Shown here one piece after another: positions 1 to 11,281 of a stretch of 35,783 bases of DNA; position 1 is the first letter of the stretch, and every line of letters begins with the position of its first letter. Origin of the DNA: Octopus bimaculoides (Eukaryota). The translations under genes were made by a program, and so were the position numbers. Below the pieces are notes generated by a model. That model was not told where the DNA came from and made no database searches. It worked only from the letters and a program-made list of their open reading frames with translations. The stretch spans positions 84,909,334 to 84,945,116 of the forward strand of contig NC_068988.1 of assembly GCF_001194135.2 (NCBI RefSeq), given 5' to 3'.

Positions 1-23
1 ACAGTCTGTTAAAGTCTGTCATA

Positions 24-65
24 CCGGCCATGACGAAGGGAAATAGCCCTGAAACTCGATTCGCC
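24..65 (+). ncRNA. Degenerate minimal type-I hammerhead-like motif (PLE-type terminal repeat remnant)
   Basis: GGC-C(A)TGACGA-A-GGG aaatag CCC-T-GAAA-C TCGA TTC-GCC; palindromic TCGA loop; two core lesions. Confidence 0.5.
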
Positions 66-412
66 TTTATATATTTATATTTATATATTTATATATTTGA
101 TCCTTTATATTGAACACTCAATATTTCATCTACATTCAATACTTTCTTTCATGGTGCCATCCATTTTTATTTTATTTTATTTTATATTGTATATTGTATA
201 TTATATTATATATTGTATATTCCATATTCTATACCCCACATTAGTTCTGCATATATATATATGTGTATATATATATATATATATACTATCAGCCTTTTCT
301 TTGTGCTCTACTGAATATGTGCTCTACTAAAAACTATTGAGTAATATTTATATCTAATGTTAAACTGTTTTTGTAACTGATTTCACATAAAAACAATATA
401 TGTATGTATACA

Positions 413-540
413 TCATCATTATCATCATTTAATGACAGTTTGACAAGATCTGATTGGTCAAAGGACTGCATTGTACTCCAATGTCTGTGTGTCTGCTTCT
501 ATGGCTTGATGACCTTCCCTAATGCCAACAAACATAAACT
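413..540 (-). mobile_element. RTE-tail/SINE 3' fragment
   Basis: (CAT)n tail and ccttccctaatgccaac, antisense to the conserved gttggcattaggaagggc block of the RTE 3' end. Confidence 0.45.
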
Positions 541-874
541 GTGTGCAGGATGACTTTTTTTTATGCCACTAGCACTATTGGAATCACCATCCAGCTCACA
601 AGACTATAAATCTAGAGGGAGGTGAGGTTGGTTTCATACTTAGCATGAGGAGTTAGAGTTTGAAAAAAAGGAGGCTATGTAGAACAGGTCCTTGTAGAAG
701 AGCTTCACAGTCACTCACATTTAGTAAGACAAGGAGAGAATGATCAGTAGGAGCTGTAAAAAGACAGATAGGAGTTGAAGTGTCCATGTGCCCCCTTTAG
801 GTATAAAGTGAGTATAAGTTAGTGGGTGAGATAGGGAAAAGTGGCTGGATATATATATATCAGTCTGTGTGTGT

Positions 875-1272
875 CTTAACTTTTTAGTTTCAGTTATTGA
901 ATCATAGCCATATTGGGTCACTGCCTTGAACTGCTTACTTAAACAAATCAATCCAAGTACTGTATATCAATTTTTAAAAGCATGATAATTATTCTACTGG
1001 CTTTTTTTGCTGAATTGCTAAATTACATGGAAAGTTAAGCAAACCAGCACAGGTTATCAAGCGATAGTAAGGGACAAAGACAAACACACATGTACATACA
1101 TTTATATATATATATATGATGAATTTCTTTCAGTTTCTGTCTACTAAATCCACTCACAAGGCTTTGGTCAGCCCAGGACTAATGTAGAAAACAATCGCTT
1201 AAGGTGCCACACAGTGGAACTCAACCCAGAACCTTGTGGCTAGGAAGCAAACTTCTTGCCACACAGCCTCAC
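875..1272 (-). mobile_element. tRNA-derived SINE
   Basis: Minus-strand head ggctgtgtggcaagaagtttgcttcc...ggttctgggttgagttccactgtgtggcacc with A/B-box-like motifs; homologous to 32280-32664. Confidence 0.65.
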
Positions 1273-3125
1273 CATATATCATTATCTTCATCATTGTTGT
1301 TTATATGTCTGCTTTTTCCATGTTGATATGGGTTGAACGAGATTTGCCAAGGCAATATTTTGTGCTCAGATGCTCTTTGTGTTACCAACCCTTGCTCATT
1401 TATCAAATAAACTATTTTTATTGACAATATATCCTATTATTGAGGATATATAAAAATTTCAGTCCCAAACCATTGGTGAGCTTGAGGCTATAGCAGCAGA
1501 CACTTGCTCAGGGTGCCAACATAGCTGCAAAGAGAACTTTGTAACCACAATGCCATAAATATGTATGTAATGTTGGATTCAGTACCAAAATACATGAAGT
1601 TTTGTAAACAAAAATGAGAACATCTAATTCATCAGATGCTTTGTATTAATGTGGCAAAGAAGAATATGGCTAGCTTTCAAGTGAGAATAGTTGAGAGAGT
1701 TATGTGGTGGTAGGGGGTTCTATTGGTTGTTAAGGTCATGTGCTGAAGATGACTGGTAAGTGACAACATATGTTCTTTGGTGTTCTTCATATTTGAATGG
1801 ACAAGCCTTTGATGCGATCCATTCTATCACATACTGAAGTTGATAGGTCAGTGGCAGTAGGTGGAAATTATGCCAGCAGCCACTGTTTTAGTTAGTGAAA
1901 TTAGCATTCTAGTAGTGCTAGGTTACTTATTGGTGTGTTACATGAATCTGTATTTGTAGCTAGAAGTTAGCAATGGTAGGTAATCAGTGCTGGAAGATGG
2001 TGGAAAGGTCGTAAATTCATTATGACCAAGCAGGGTTAGTTACTTTATATTTAAATACATACAAGATAGAGTTACAATGGGCTTTCTGGAGTATTTGCAG
2101 TCAATGGTTTTAACTAAATTAACAAGGCATTTCTTTGATGGCAAAAAAAACAAAAATAGTTGATGGATGTTGAATATTGTTACAATATATGCATCTTCTC
2201 AGGAATGCACTGTTAGCAATAATGAGATCTATGTGATTCAGAAGAGACCCTGCTAAGGATGCACTGTGTGATATTACGAAAGTTGTTTTGTTGGTCCCTG
2301 AGTTTTTAGATGAAGTAGAGCAATGAAGTGTAATTTTCCTGTCTCGGCACCTGGAGGAATGCAAGGGCTTTGTAAATCTGCCTCTGAAATCAATGACTGT
2401 TAAATCCATATAATTTCTTGGAAGAACAGGTAGTGTGAAGGTGGCTCAATAGACCGTAGCCTCTGAGAGGCAAGATCCCCCAGTGAACAGTTTGTAGGAT
2501 TTTTAGTTTGCAGATTGGCGCATGGAGTGGAATCTGTGTAGGTACATGTATTTTTTGTTGTAGTCTGCTATACTAGAAGTGATGTTATTTAGACACGAGT
2601 AGCTAAACCTTAAGATTACTGGCTTTGGAAAGTTCATGTTACCCTAAAAATATAACCCCTACCTATACTGTGTCTTACACATCCAGAGCCCTTACACTGA
2701 AGTTTTCACCTTATTGCTCCTTCTCAGAATAATAATTCATTAGAATACTTCTTTTTCCTTTCCCAATTTGTCCCTGAGTTTGTTAACCAACAGAACTTCT
2801 GACAAAATATCAATTGGGTCAATAAACATAATTTGATTTTGGTGTATTTATGATAAATTATTTTTGTAATTGAAATACTCAGTAAATACTGCAGAATATT
2901 GATTTCCAACATTGGCCAATATTCAAAATTTTGGTGGGAGGCAGGGTGGAAGGGAAAAGTATAGTCAATTGAATCACTGGTATTTTATTTTATCAGCTTC
3001 AAGAAGATTAAGGGCAAAGTTTACCATGGTGGAATTTGAAATCAGAACACGGAGACTAAATAAATGCTACAATTCTGCCAGTCTATATATTCTTACTGTA
3101 GTGTATCATAAGTATGAAGGTGTAT

Positions 3126-3250
3126 GGCCAAGTCATTAAGTGGAGAACACACAATCATAAGGTTGTAGTTTCAATTCCCAGACTGGTTGGCCTATTGTGT
3201 TCTAAAGCAAAACCCTTGATTTCATATTACTCCTGTCTACTCATCTGTAA
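3126..3250 (+). mobile_element. Degenerate tRNA-derived SINE head
   Basis: tggccaagtcattaag (A-box-like) and gtttcaattcc (B-box-like); similar layout at about 25300-25420. Confidence 0.4.
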
Positions 3251-3748
3251 AATGAGTACCAACAGCAACAGATGGGGGTTAATTTCATGGTTGACTGGCA
3301 TCTGATTCAAGGGGGGGGTATAGTGCTCTTGATCATTTATACATTTAGGAAACAGAGATAAGCCTGGCTTAACCATTGAAACTACAAATATGTTTTAGTG
3401 GAGGGTAACACATGATTTTGTGTTTATGGCTGAAAATAATATTTTGGCCAATTAGCGAGCCATAAACACAAAACCACATGATCACCTGTATTTGTTTTTT
3501 TTTTCTTTGATGGGTATAAGTCAAATAAAATTACACCTGCAAAGCATACTTGTGGGTTCAAATGGTAGAGTGAATTGTAGGCTCATGACAGAACTATTTA
3601 CCCATTCTTTAACATAATAAGTACAGCACAATTTGGTGGAATCAACTGTACAAATTTTATAATTGAATATATAACTTTAACCTGTCATATCATCTTGTAT
3701 GTATCCATGCATGGTTGCTTGTCTGTCTGTTTGGTTGTTTGTGAAATA

Positions 3749-5002
3749 CAGGGGTCGGACAAAATAATGGAAACACCTAGCATCAAAGCATCATAATTTT
3801 AAAATATCTATAAAACCATCAAAAGCTTGTTTATTTTTATGGTTTTTGATTTATCATTAGTATTGCTTAATATGTTTAGCTAAAATTGTTGTTTCTTTTC
3901 AGAAAAAGATAATTAAAATTCATAAAAATGACATTTCAAATGACTTTCAGAGAGGTCAAATTGTTGGTGCTCATATGGCAGGTGCTAGTATAATGAAAAC
4001 AACCGAAATATTTGGTGTGTCTAGAAGTACTGTCTCAAAAGTAATGACAGCCTTTGAGAAAGAGGGAAAAACCTCCTCGTCGAAACAAAACTCCAGAAGA
4101 AAACCAAAACTTTCAGATAGGGACTGTTGGACTCATGTGAATTGTTAGAAAGGATCACAAAAGTACAGCTCCCAAAATTACTGCAGAGCTTAATGACCAC
4201 CTTGAGAACCCAGTTTCCACAAAAACTGTTCAGTAGGAGCTGCACAAAGACAGATTTCATGGAAGGGCTGCAATCAGAAAACCACTACTTCCAAAAACAA
4301 ATGTTGCAAAGTGTTTAGAGTGGAGTAAAAACCTACAGAATTGGTCTCTAGAGCAGTGGAAGAATGTTATTTTCTCAGACAAGTCATCTTTTACCTTATT
4401 TCTGACCACCGGCTAAGTATACGTGTGGAGACAGCCAAAAGAAGCATTTGAACCAGACTGCCTTCTTCCAACTGTTAAACATGGAGGAGGATCTGTGATG
4501 ATCTGGGGGCTACATCTTGGAAATCTACCGGCCCATTGGCTTCCCTTCATAGCAGAATTAATAGTCAAGACTATTTAAGCATTTCATCTGATCAAATTCA
4601 TCCTATGGTTGTGGAACTGTTTCTGGAGGGAAATGCAATCTTTCAGGATGATAATGCAGCAATTGACACACCTAAAGTTGTTACTGAATAGCATGAGGAA
4701 CATTCTAGTGAAGTTGAACATCTTATCTGGCCACCACAGTCCCCAGATCTCAATATTATTGAACATTTATGGTGCCTTTTAGAAAAACAAGTAAGGAGTT
4801 GATATCCTCCAGCATTATGACTACAAGAACTAGAGACTGTTTTAGCTGAAGAATGGACAAAATTTCCTTTGGAAACAATTCAAACTTAAGTCCATAAGTC
4901 ATTGTATTCATGCTGTAATTACTGCCAAAGGTGGTCCTACCCCATATTAAAATAAATTTGTGTGAAATTTTAAGGTGTTTCCATTATTTTGTCCAACCCC
5001 GG
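3749..5002 (+). mobile_element. Full-length, decayed Tc1-family DNA transposon (DD36E spacing, Incomer-like), 1254 bp
   Basis: 30-bp TIRs caggggtcggacaaaataatggaaacacct / aggtgtttccattattttgtccaaccccgg; TA at 3747-48 and 5003-04; transposase remnants [62 protein letters not shown] with stops and frameshifts. Confidence 0.93.
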
Positions 5003-5876
5003 TATATTTCATGATTGATTGAAAGTATTTAATCTGTATATTTCATGTACATTTGTACCCTGGTTAAACTGACTGCTTCATTAAACAGTTGCAAAACCTG
5101 TTTTCATGGTGATTGTTACAAGCCTGTAGTTCAAGTATCACAAGCTGTCAGGAGATATATTTAACAACATTTACATATTTATTGTAGATTTATTCATTGT
5201 TATTATTTACACTTTTAGACTTTCCTGAAGTGGTTAATAGAGTCAGTCAGTTAGCAGAGGTGGCTGATACCTTTCACTTGAAAATTCTTCTTCATATCCC
5301 AACATATAAGAAATCATATACCCAGCAAAAGGCAACATTTGTAGGATACTTATAAATGTCATTGCAAACTGGCAGACAATAATATACATACATGTATGCA
5401 TGCATACCTACGTACATACAGACATACATGCATGCATCAGGTTATGTGATTTCACACTTATGGAAATTGTAACGTATATGACCATTAATTTTGGGATACA
5501 ATGTGTAATTCCACTCTTACAGAAACTTGTATTGTGTAGCTTTAAATTGTTAACAACCTCAATGACTACTTGTGTTTTAGTTAAGATCAAAGTATATAAT
5601 AAACGATTTGAAAGACTATCATCGCATTACACACATACATGCATACCCACATACAAACATGTACATATAATGTGCATAAGGGATGCACAACCTTTTTTGT
5701 CCAAAGAGCCAAATCATGAATTCAGTCACTTAAGACAGGTCGCAAGTTATATCATATAACTTGGATGATCAAGAAACATACAAAAACAGTACTTTGGTAA
5801 ATTTAGTTAGAATTTTTAATCAAGATATTAATCATAACATTATGACATACGCATTATTCAAATACAAAATTATATA

Positions 5877-6043
5877 TGAGGTCTGATCAATAAGTATCCG
5901 GACTGTTGTCATAGTAACGAAGCTAAAGCATGCAGAGTGAAGCTGCTTGGCACAGATTGACCTCGACCTCTGCTGTGCATGTGTACTAAGTTTTAATGTT
6001 CTAGTTCACTTCCACTGTTTACAGCAGTGTTTGGAAGGAAGGT
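5877..6043 (+). mobile_element. Mariner-type element end fragment (one TIR only)
   Basis: ta-tgaggtctgatcaataagtatccggact resembles a mariner TIR after TA; no partner TIR found. Confidence 0.4.
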
Positions 6044-7275
6044 GTGGTGAAACTGTGAGCACTAACACAGAGGCTGTTACTAATTATCTTGAGCAGTTGA
6101 ATAAAAGGGGGCTACACACTAGAGCAAGTTGATGAAACTGCACTTTTCTGGAAGTACCTGCTTGTTAGAACTTTATTTCTCAAGAATAAAAATCAACACC
6201 AAGATTTAAAGCTTCTGAAAATTGTCCAACACTTCTTTTGGGAGGAAAAGCTGCTGCTGTTGCTAGTTTGAAATTAAAACCCCTACGCATGCATCAGTCT
6301 GAAAATTCAAGGGCTTTCGAGATACACAAAGTTTAATCTACCCTTGATTTGGCTTTCAAATAAGAAAGCATGGATAACTAAGAACCTTTTCAAAGAGTGG
6401 TTACAAACGTTTTCTGTCCTGCAAAGGTATTGTGCCAGACACTATTTTTAACAAAGCATTGCTTATTTTAGACAATGCATTGAGACCCCCAGCTAGCGCA
6501 GATGACATTTCTGATACTGTAAGAATAGAATATATCCCTAAGAATACAACTTCTTTGCTCCTATCAATAGATCAAAATGTGATAGCTAACTATGTATATA
6601 AGAGGAATTTTCAGCTTATGAAAGTAATTGACAAGATTTCAGGAAGAAGTTCATTATAATAGATGCTGTAGATATATATCTGGGTCATGGGAAGAAGTGA
6701 AACTTTCAATTGTGAATAACGTATCCATGACATTATAAGTTTTCCTCAAGCAGAAAGTCTACATCAAATTGTAACATTGTACAACAATATTGTAACATTT
6801 GCAAAGGACCGAGGATTTGAAGAAGTCATAGATGATGATGTGATTGAGTTGCTATGTCTTAGAGAGAAAGTTTATCTTACAAGGAGCTGATGCTAGAAAA
6901 AGAACAAGCTGAGAATATAGATGTGACAATGGAAGTTCTACCTACACCATTTGAATTGACAACAAAAATTATTGTGAAAGGGTTGGCACTTATAGAAGAA
7001 GTTCTGCAGTTTTTTTACTGATAACAATTCTAATCATTAGAATAACATAAAAATTTACAAGAGGAGTTTACAATGAACTCTGGTCCTGTACTGAACTGTA
7101 CAAAGAGATGTGTCAAAAACAACAAACAAGTTTGAATAAGATTTTCTATGGTCAGATCCTGTTTATGTCACTGATTCTTACCTGTTTTTCCAAGCAAGGC
7201 AATATTTCCCCTAGTTCTTTGAACATGAAAACAAAATTTTGCATAACATCTCAAAATTTAAAGGATGAATGGCTG
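6044..7275 (+). mobile_element. Tigger/pogo (DDE_1) transposase remnant
   Basis: Frame-broken peptides GETVSTNTEA, DETALFWK, AWITKNLFKEW, KALLILDNA, YIPKNTTSLLLSIDQNVIA; possible right end ...ggatgaatggctg|ta at 7275. Confidence 0.75.
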
Positions 7276-7676
7276 TACAAAAAATTAAAAAAAAAAAGAA
7301 TACAATATACAAAAAATAAATTAAAATATATAGGAACAAAAATAAAACACCCTTATGTTTTATATTTTATTAAATGTATTTTCTTTACGACCTCATTTTG
7401 GACAAGTTAAAATATACATTAAATTCAATTAGAAAGATTACATACAAACACATGTATGAATACATATAGATGAACAGAGTTATTAGTGAAGGATTATCAA
7501 TCCAGACAAAATACTTTATAAGCTCTCTATTAGTACACCAAGGTAACAATGATGTTTAGATCAGTAAAGAACTCTGTGTATTCTGACAGGATCCGAGATT
7601 ATAGTTCATCACTGTTCTATATTGTAAATCCATGCTTGTGCTCCAGTTATACTGGTTTTTATACAGAGTGATATAC

Positions 7677-7865
7677 AAGACAAGGCATAAATAATGGTCA
7701 TAACATATTCTTTTTTATAGTAGTAAATTCGATCTCAACCGATTAATGGGCCAATTGAGTAAACCTATCAATAACGAACCTATAATGACTACTTGAAACA
7801 GCTGTAAGTCAAATTTACTACAATAAATAAAAAGAAAGTAATGACCATTATTTATGCCTTGTCTT
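7677..7865. repeat. Short foldback element: about 53-bp inverted arms around the 3' half of a hammerhead (GAAAC-AGCT-GTA, 7795-7806)
   Basis: Perfect 25-bp inverted match aagacaaggcataaataatggtcat (7677-7701 vs 7841-7865), with imperfect inward extension. Confidence 0.8.
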
Positions 7866-8024
7866 ATACACACACACACACACACACACACACAGAGGCT
7901 ACTTCTAGATAATATTGTCTGCAATCTGGCTTGAAAGAAGGTGAAAAGTACTAGCACAGATTAGATGAAGGATATATACATACGTACGTATGCATATATA
8001 CATTATAGTATCTGCATGAATATA

Positions 8025-8145
8025 TCATCATTATTATCAACGTTGTTTTAATGTCCAGTTTTCCATGCACACATAAGTCAGAGAGAATTCATAGGAGTAA
8101 CTTTCTAGAGCCTGGATGCCCTTTCTGTCACCAATCTTACTGTTT
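8025..8145 (-). mobile_element. RTE-tail/SINE 3' fragment
   Basis: catcattattatc...ttttccatgc...ctggatgccctttctgtcacca, antisense to the RTE 3' end. Confidence 0.4.
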
Positions 8146-8693
8146 CCAAGAAAAGTCATATTTCCCCAAAGCCAGACATATTTCCACATAAGATTGAAAA
8201 GAAATGACACCTCTTGTATGCTGGTGGCATTTATTTACAATTATCTTGCAGTGTCAAGACAAGGAGACACAAACATGTCCACCAACATATGCAAACACAC
8301 ACTTATCTATGATAAGCTTCTTTCAGTGTCTGTCTACCAAGTCCATTCACAAGGCTTTGATTGGCTTGGGCAAGCCATACCTGTGCCTCTTATATTTATT
8401 ATGTGTGTGTGTGTATATACATATATATATATATATATACACACACCCACACATATATATATGAAAAACCAAATCTTCAACTTAAATACATCAATACCAA
8501 TTTAGGCTGAAAGAGAGTATAAATACTTTTACAAGTGAAACATAATTTCTGACCAGCTGCTTCAAGGAACTGAAGTATGTATTCAACACATTCACTAAAC
8601 ATAGTCACTCATAATAAGTATAACAAGAACAAGTACAACAACAACAATAATAAACTTAATGTATATGTGTATGTGTGTGATGTATGTGCCTGA

Positions 8694-8730
<37 letters not shown>

Positions 8731-9013
8731 CACACATCAATTCATTTATCAATGTCACAATTTATGTAATTTCAGCTTAAAATAAGATTTTAAATTTATA
8801 ACCTACAATACATTCTTGTATCTCTAACTGGGATACACACACAAACACACACACATTAATATTTAACATGATAATAAAAGGTAAACAGTGGCATGTCTCA
8901 CATATATATGTATATGTGTTTATATATGTTATATACATACATAAGTATACATACATATATATATATATCTATATATACACACATGTATGTAAATACAAAT
9001 ACATACATATGTG

Positions 9014-9018
<5 letters not shown>

Positions 9019-9078
<60 letters not shown>
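9019..9078. repeat. (TA)n microsatellite within a larger TA/CA tract (about 8900-9140)
   Basis: Directly visible. Confidence 0.95.
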
Positions 9079-9086
<8 letters not shown>

Positions 9087-9300
9087 TATATATATATACA
9101 TATACACACATGTATGAATTCATGTATTCACATATATATATTTACAAAATACAAAATATGGGGGTCTAGTTCACAGGTGATCTAAATGACTAGATACGCT
9201 AGGTAAGTGCTGTAATGGATAACTAGGGCTCTAAGGCAGTTATGGATTATTAGGGCTGAGACTGTAGTTATGGAGCCATTGTAGATTTCCAATATAGCGG

Positions 9301-9549
9301 ATATATAATTGTTAAAGACAACAAATGTTAAGGCAAGGCAAACATCTCAAGTCATATACATTCTCTCCTATCCTCTATGTTGTCAATTCATTAATCTATA
9401 CCCTTCTCAGTTTCCCTATTTGTCTCCAATGATAGAATATCCCAGAAACAGCTGTAAGACTTTGAATTTTTTTCCAATAATAGTAATGTATATGACTTGA
9501 GATGTTTGCCTTGTCTTAATATTTGTTATCCTTTTTAACAATTATATAT
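9301..9549. repeat. Foldback element: 62/65-bp inverted arms around a 122-bp loop holding a hammerhead-like motif; begins 72 nt past the hillarin stop
   Basis: Arms 9301-9362 and 9485-9549; inner 29 bp perfect (caaggcaaacatctcaagtcatatacatt). Confidence 0.85.
9422..9460 (+). ncRNA. Minimal type-I hammerhead-like motif with variant/decayed core
   Basis: GTCT-CCAATGA-tagaatatccca-GAAA-C AGCT G-T-A-AGAC; perfect 4-bp stem I; palindromic AGCT loop; stem II partly broken. Confidence 0.6.
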
Positions 9550-9620
9550 ATATATTTATATGTAAGTATGTATAATATATATAAAATGCAATGTTTCATT
9601 AAAAGAATGGAAACCAAAAG

Positions 9621-11097
9621 TTACTTGTTTTTTTTGGAGAAAAATCGCATTAACTGAGATCTTTCTGATTTACCATTACTGCTGAGAGTGGATGACTGAC
9701 TCAGGGTACCAAAATTGTCACCAGTGTAGCGGATAATGTAGTTGTATACATTCACAAAACCTGTATTGTCTTTCTGGTTGTTCTTAGCATATATGGACAA
9801 CATATAAGTATTTTTCTCAGGCAGTGATACTACCAACTTCACATTAGTTGAAGAATCATTCTTTTTGATAACCACAGTATCTGGACATTCAACATTTGGT
9901 TCTTTTGTCAGGTTGCAAGCAAACTCTGTGTCTTTCAGACAACTAAGTTTAATTTGTAGTGGGTTTGACTGAACATTAATGTGAGGTTCAGGATGGCTTA
10001 CAGTCTGTATTTGAAAGTTACTGAAGTTATCTGTTGGTCCCCATGATTTCTCTTTAGGAATAGCAGTTGTTGATTCAATATCTGACCTTGCGATGTATGA
10101 AATTGTCACGGGAATTTCAACACCTGAGCAGTTTATCAAGTACTTGCATATATGAGCCACTTGACTACCATCAGTGGTGGCAGTTGTATGTGTAAATATA
10201 TCGAGACCATATTGACCAGAATTTGGTAATGTAAATGACACAACCATTTTTGTGCCCTTTGTGTCAACAGATACATATTTTTCAAGAAAACTGTCAGCAA
10301 CACGATTCATTCTTAGTTTTACCACTGGTTTCAGTGGATAGGGCACTTCAAACAACAGCTCTGCACAATCATAAACATTCAAGAGGCCACCTTTTAGATT
10401 TTCTTTATCTGTGAAATCCATATTTTCAGGATAAATCTGTTTAATACCAAAGTGACGCATTGCTTTTTTAGGCCCCCATTCACCAGAAGCACACTGTGGG
10501 AGCGGAAGCATTTTACCATTTATTTCTTTGCAAACAATCTTGAATTTACAAGTGCATTTCAACCGAACTGGTGAGCTGACAGAGAAATGGTTTGGAAACT
10601 TTTTATTATCTTCAATTTTATTGGCAAAGATCTCGATATAATAGGCACCTGTTGTTGGAACATGGATGTTGAAGATGGCAACATTGTCATGCATTGTCTG
10701 GAATACATAGTCTTGAAAATTAATATTTTTATGCAAAGTATTTTGATTTTCTTTATCAGCAGAACGAAGTTGGTAGAAGAACAACAGTGAATCTTCAAGG
10801 TCTTCTGGCACCCGTATCTTTAAATCAGTTCCCCCTTTGTTGTTTGTGTACAGCACTGATTTATAAGCTTTCTCAAACTTCATGTGATGGTGGAAAAAAA
10901 TGGAACGAACAAAAGGCATAGCTTCAAAATTTTCCAGTGATATTGGTTTTTGTAGCAGTTGCCATTCCTGGTCATAGGGGTAAAATTCTTGAATGAATTC
11001 ATCTGGATCTGTCAGAAAGTAGTGTTCATCATACTGGTATCTGATGTGGTCCCGGTTATTCTTTTCTTGCATTTTATCCTTATTTAAAACCAGGTGT
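9621..11097 (-). CDS. Hil: Hillarin-like terminal coding exon, 1477 nt (HLVLNK...DEHYFLTDP... KY-type Ig-like repeats ...FFSKKNK*)
   Basis: Acceptor ttttctag|A CAC at 11097, stop TAA at 9623-9621; 483-aa ORF in the track; repeated G-x-Y-x-(I/L)-x-I-(F/Y) strands. Confidence 0.9.
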
Positions 11098-11142
11098 CTA
11101 GAAAACGAGAGTAAAACAAAAGAAAAGAATTAGAAACAGAGA

Positions 11143-11183
<41 letters not shown>

Positions 11184-11235
11184 NNNNNNNNNNNNNNNNN
11201 NNNNNNNNNNNNNNNNNNNNNNNNNATATATACTT

Positions 11236-11281
<46 letters not shown>

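Noticed and set aside
1640-2720. Possible very old minus-strand retroelement (faint PLE thumb/GIY-YIG-like words)
   Set aside because: No diagnostic motif in a consistent frame; needs a profile search.
8868-9185. YI/IY-, VC- and ER/SL-repeat ORFs here and at 20761-21437 and 33453-33770
   Set aside because: Translations of (TA)n, (TG)n and (GA)n microsatellites.
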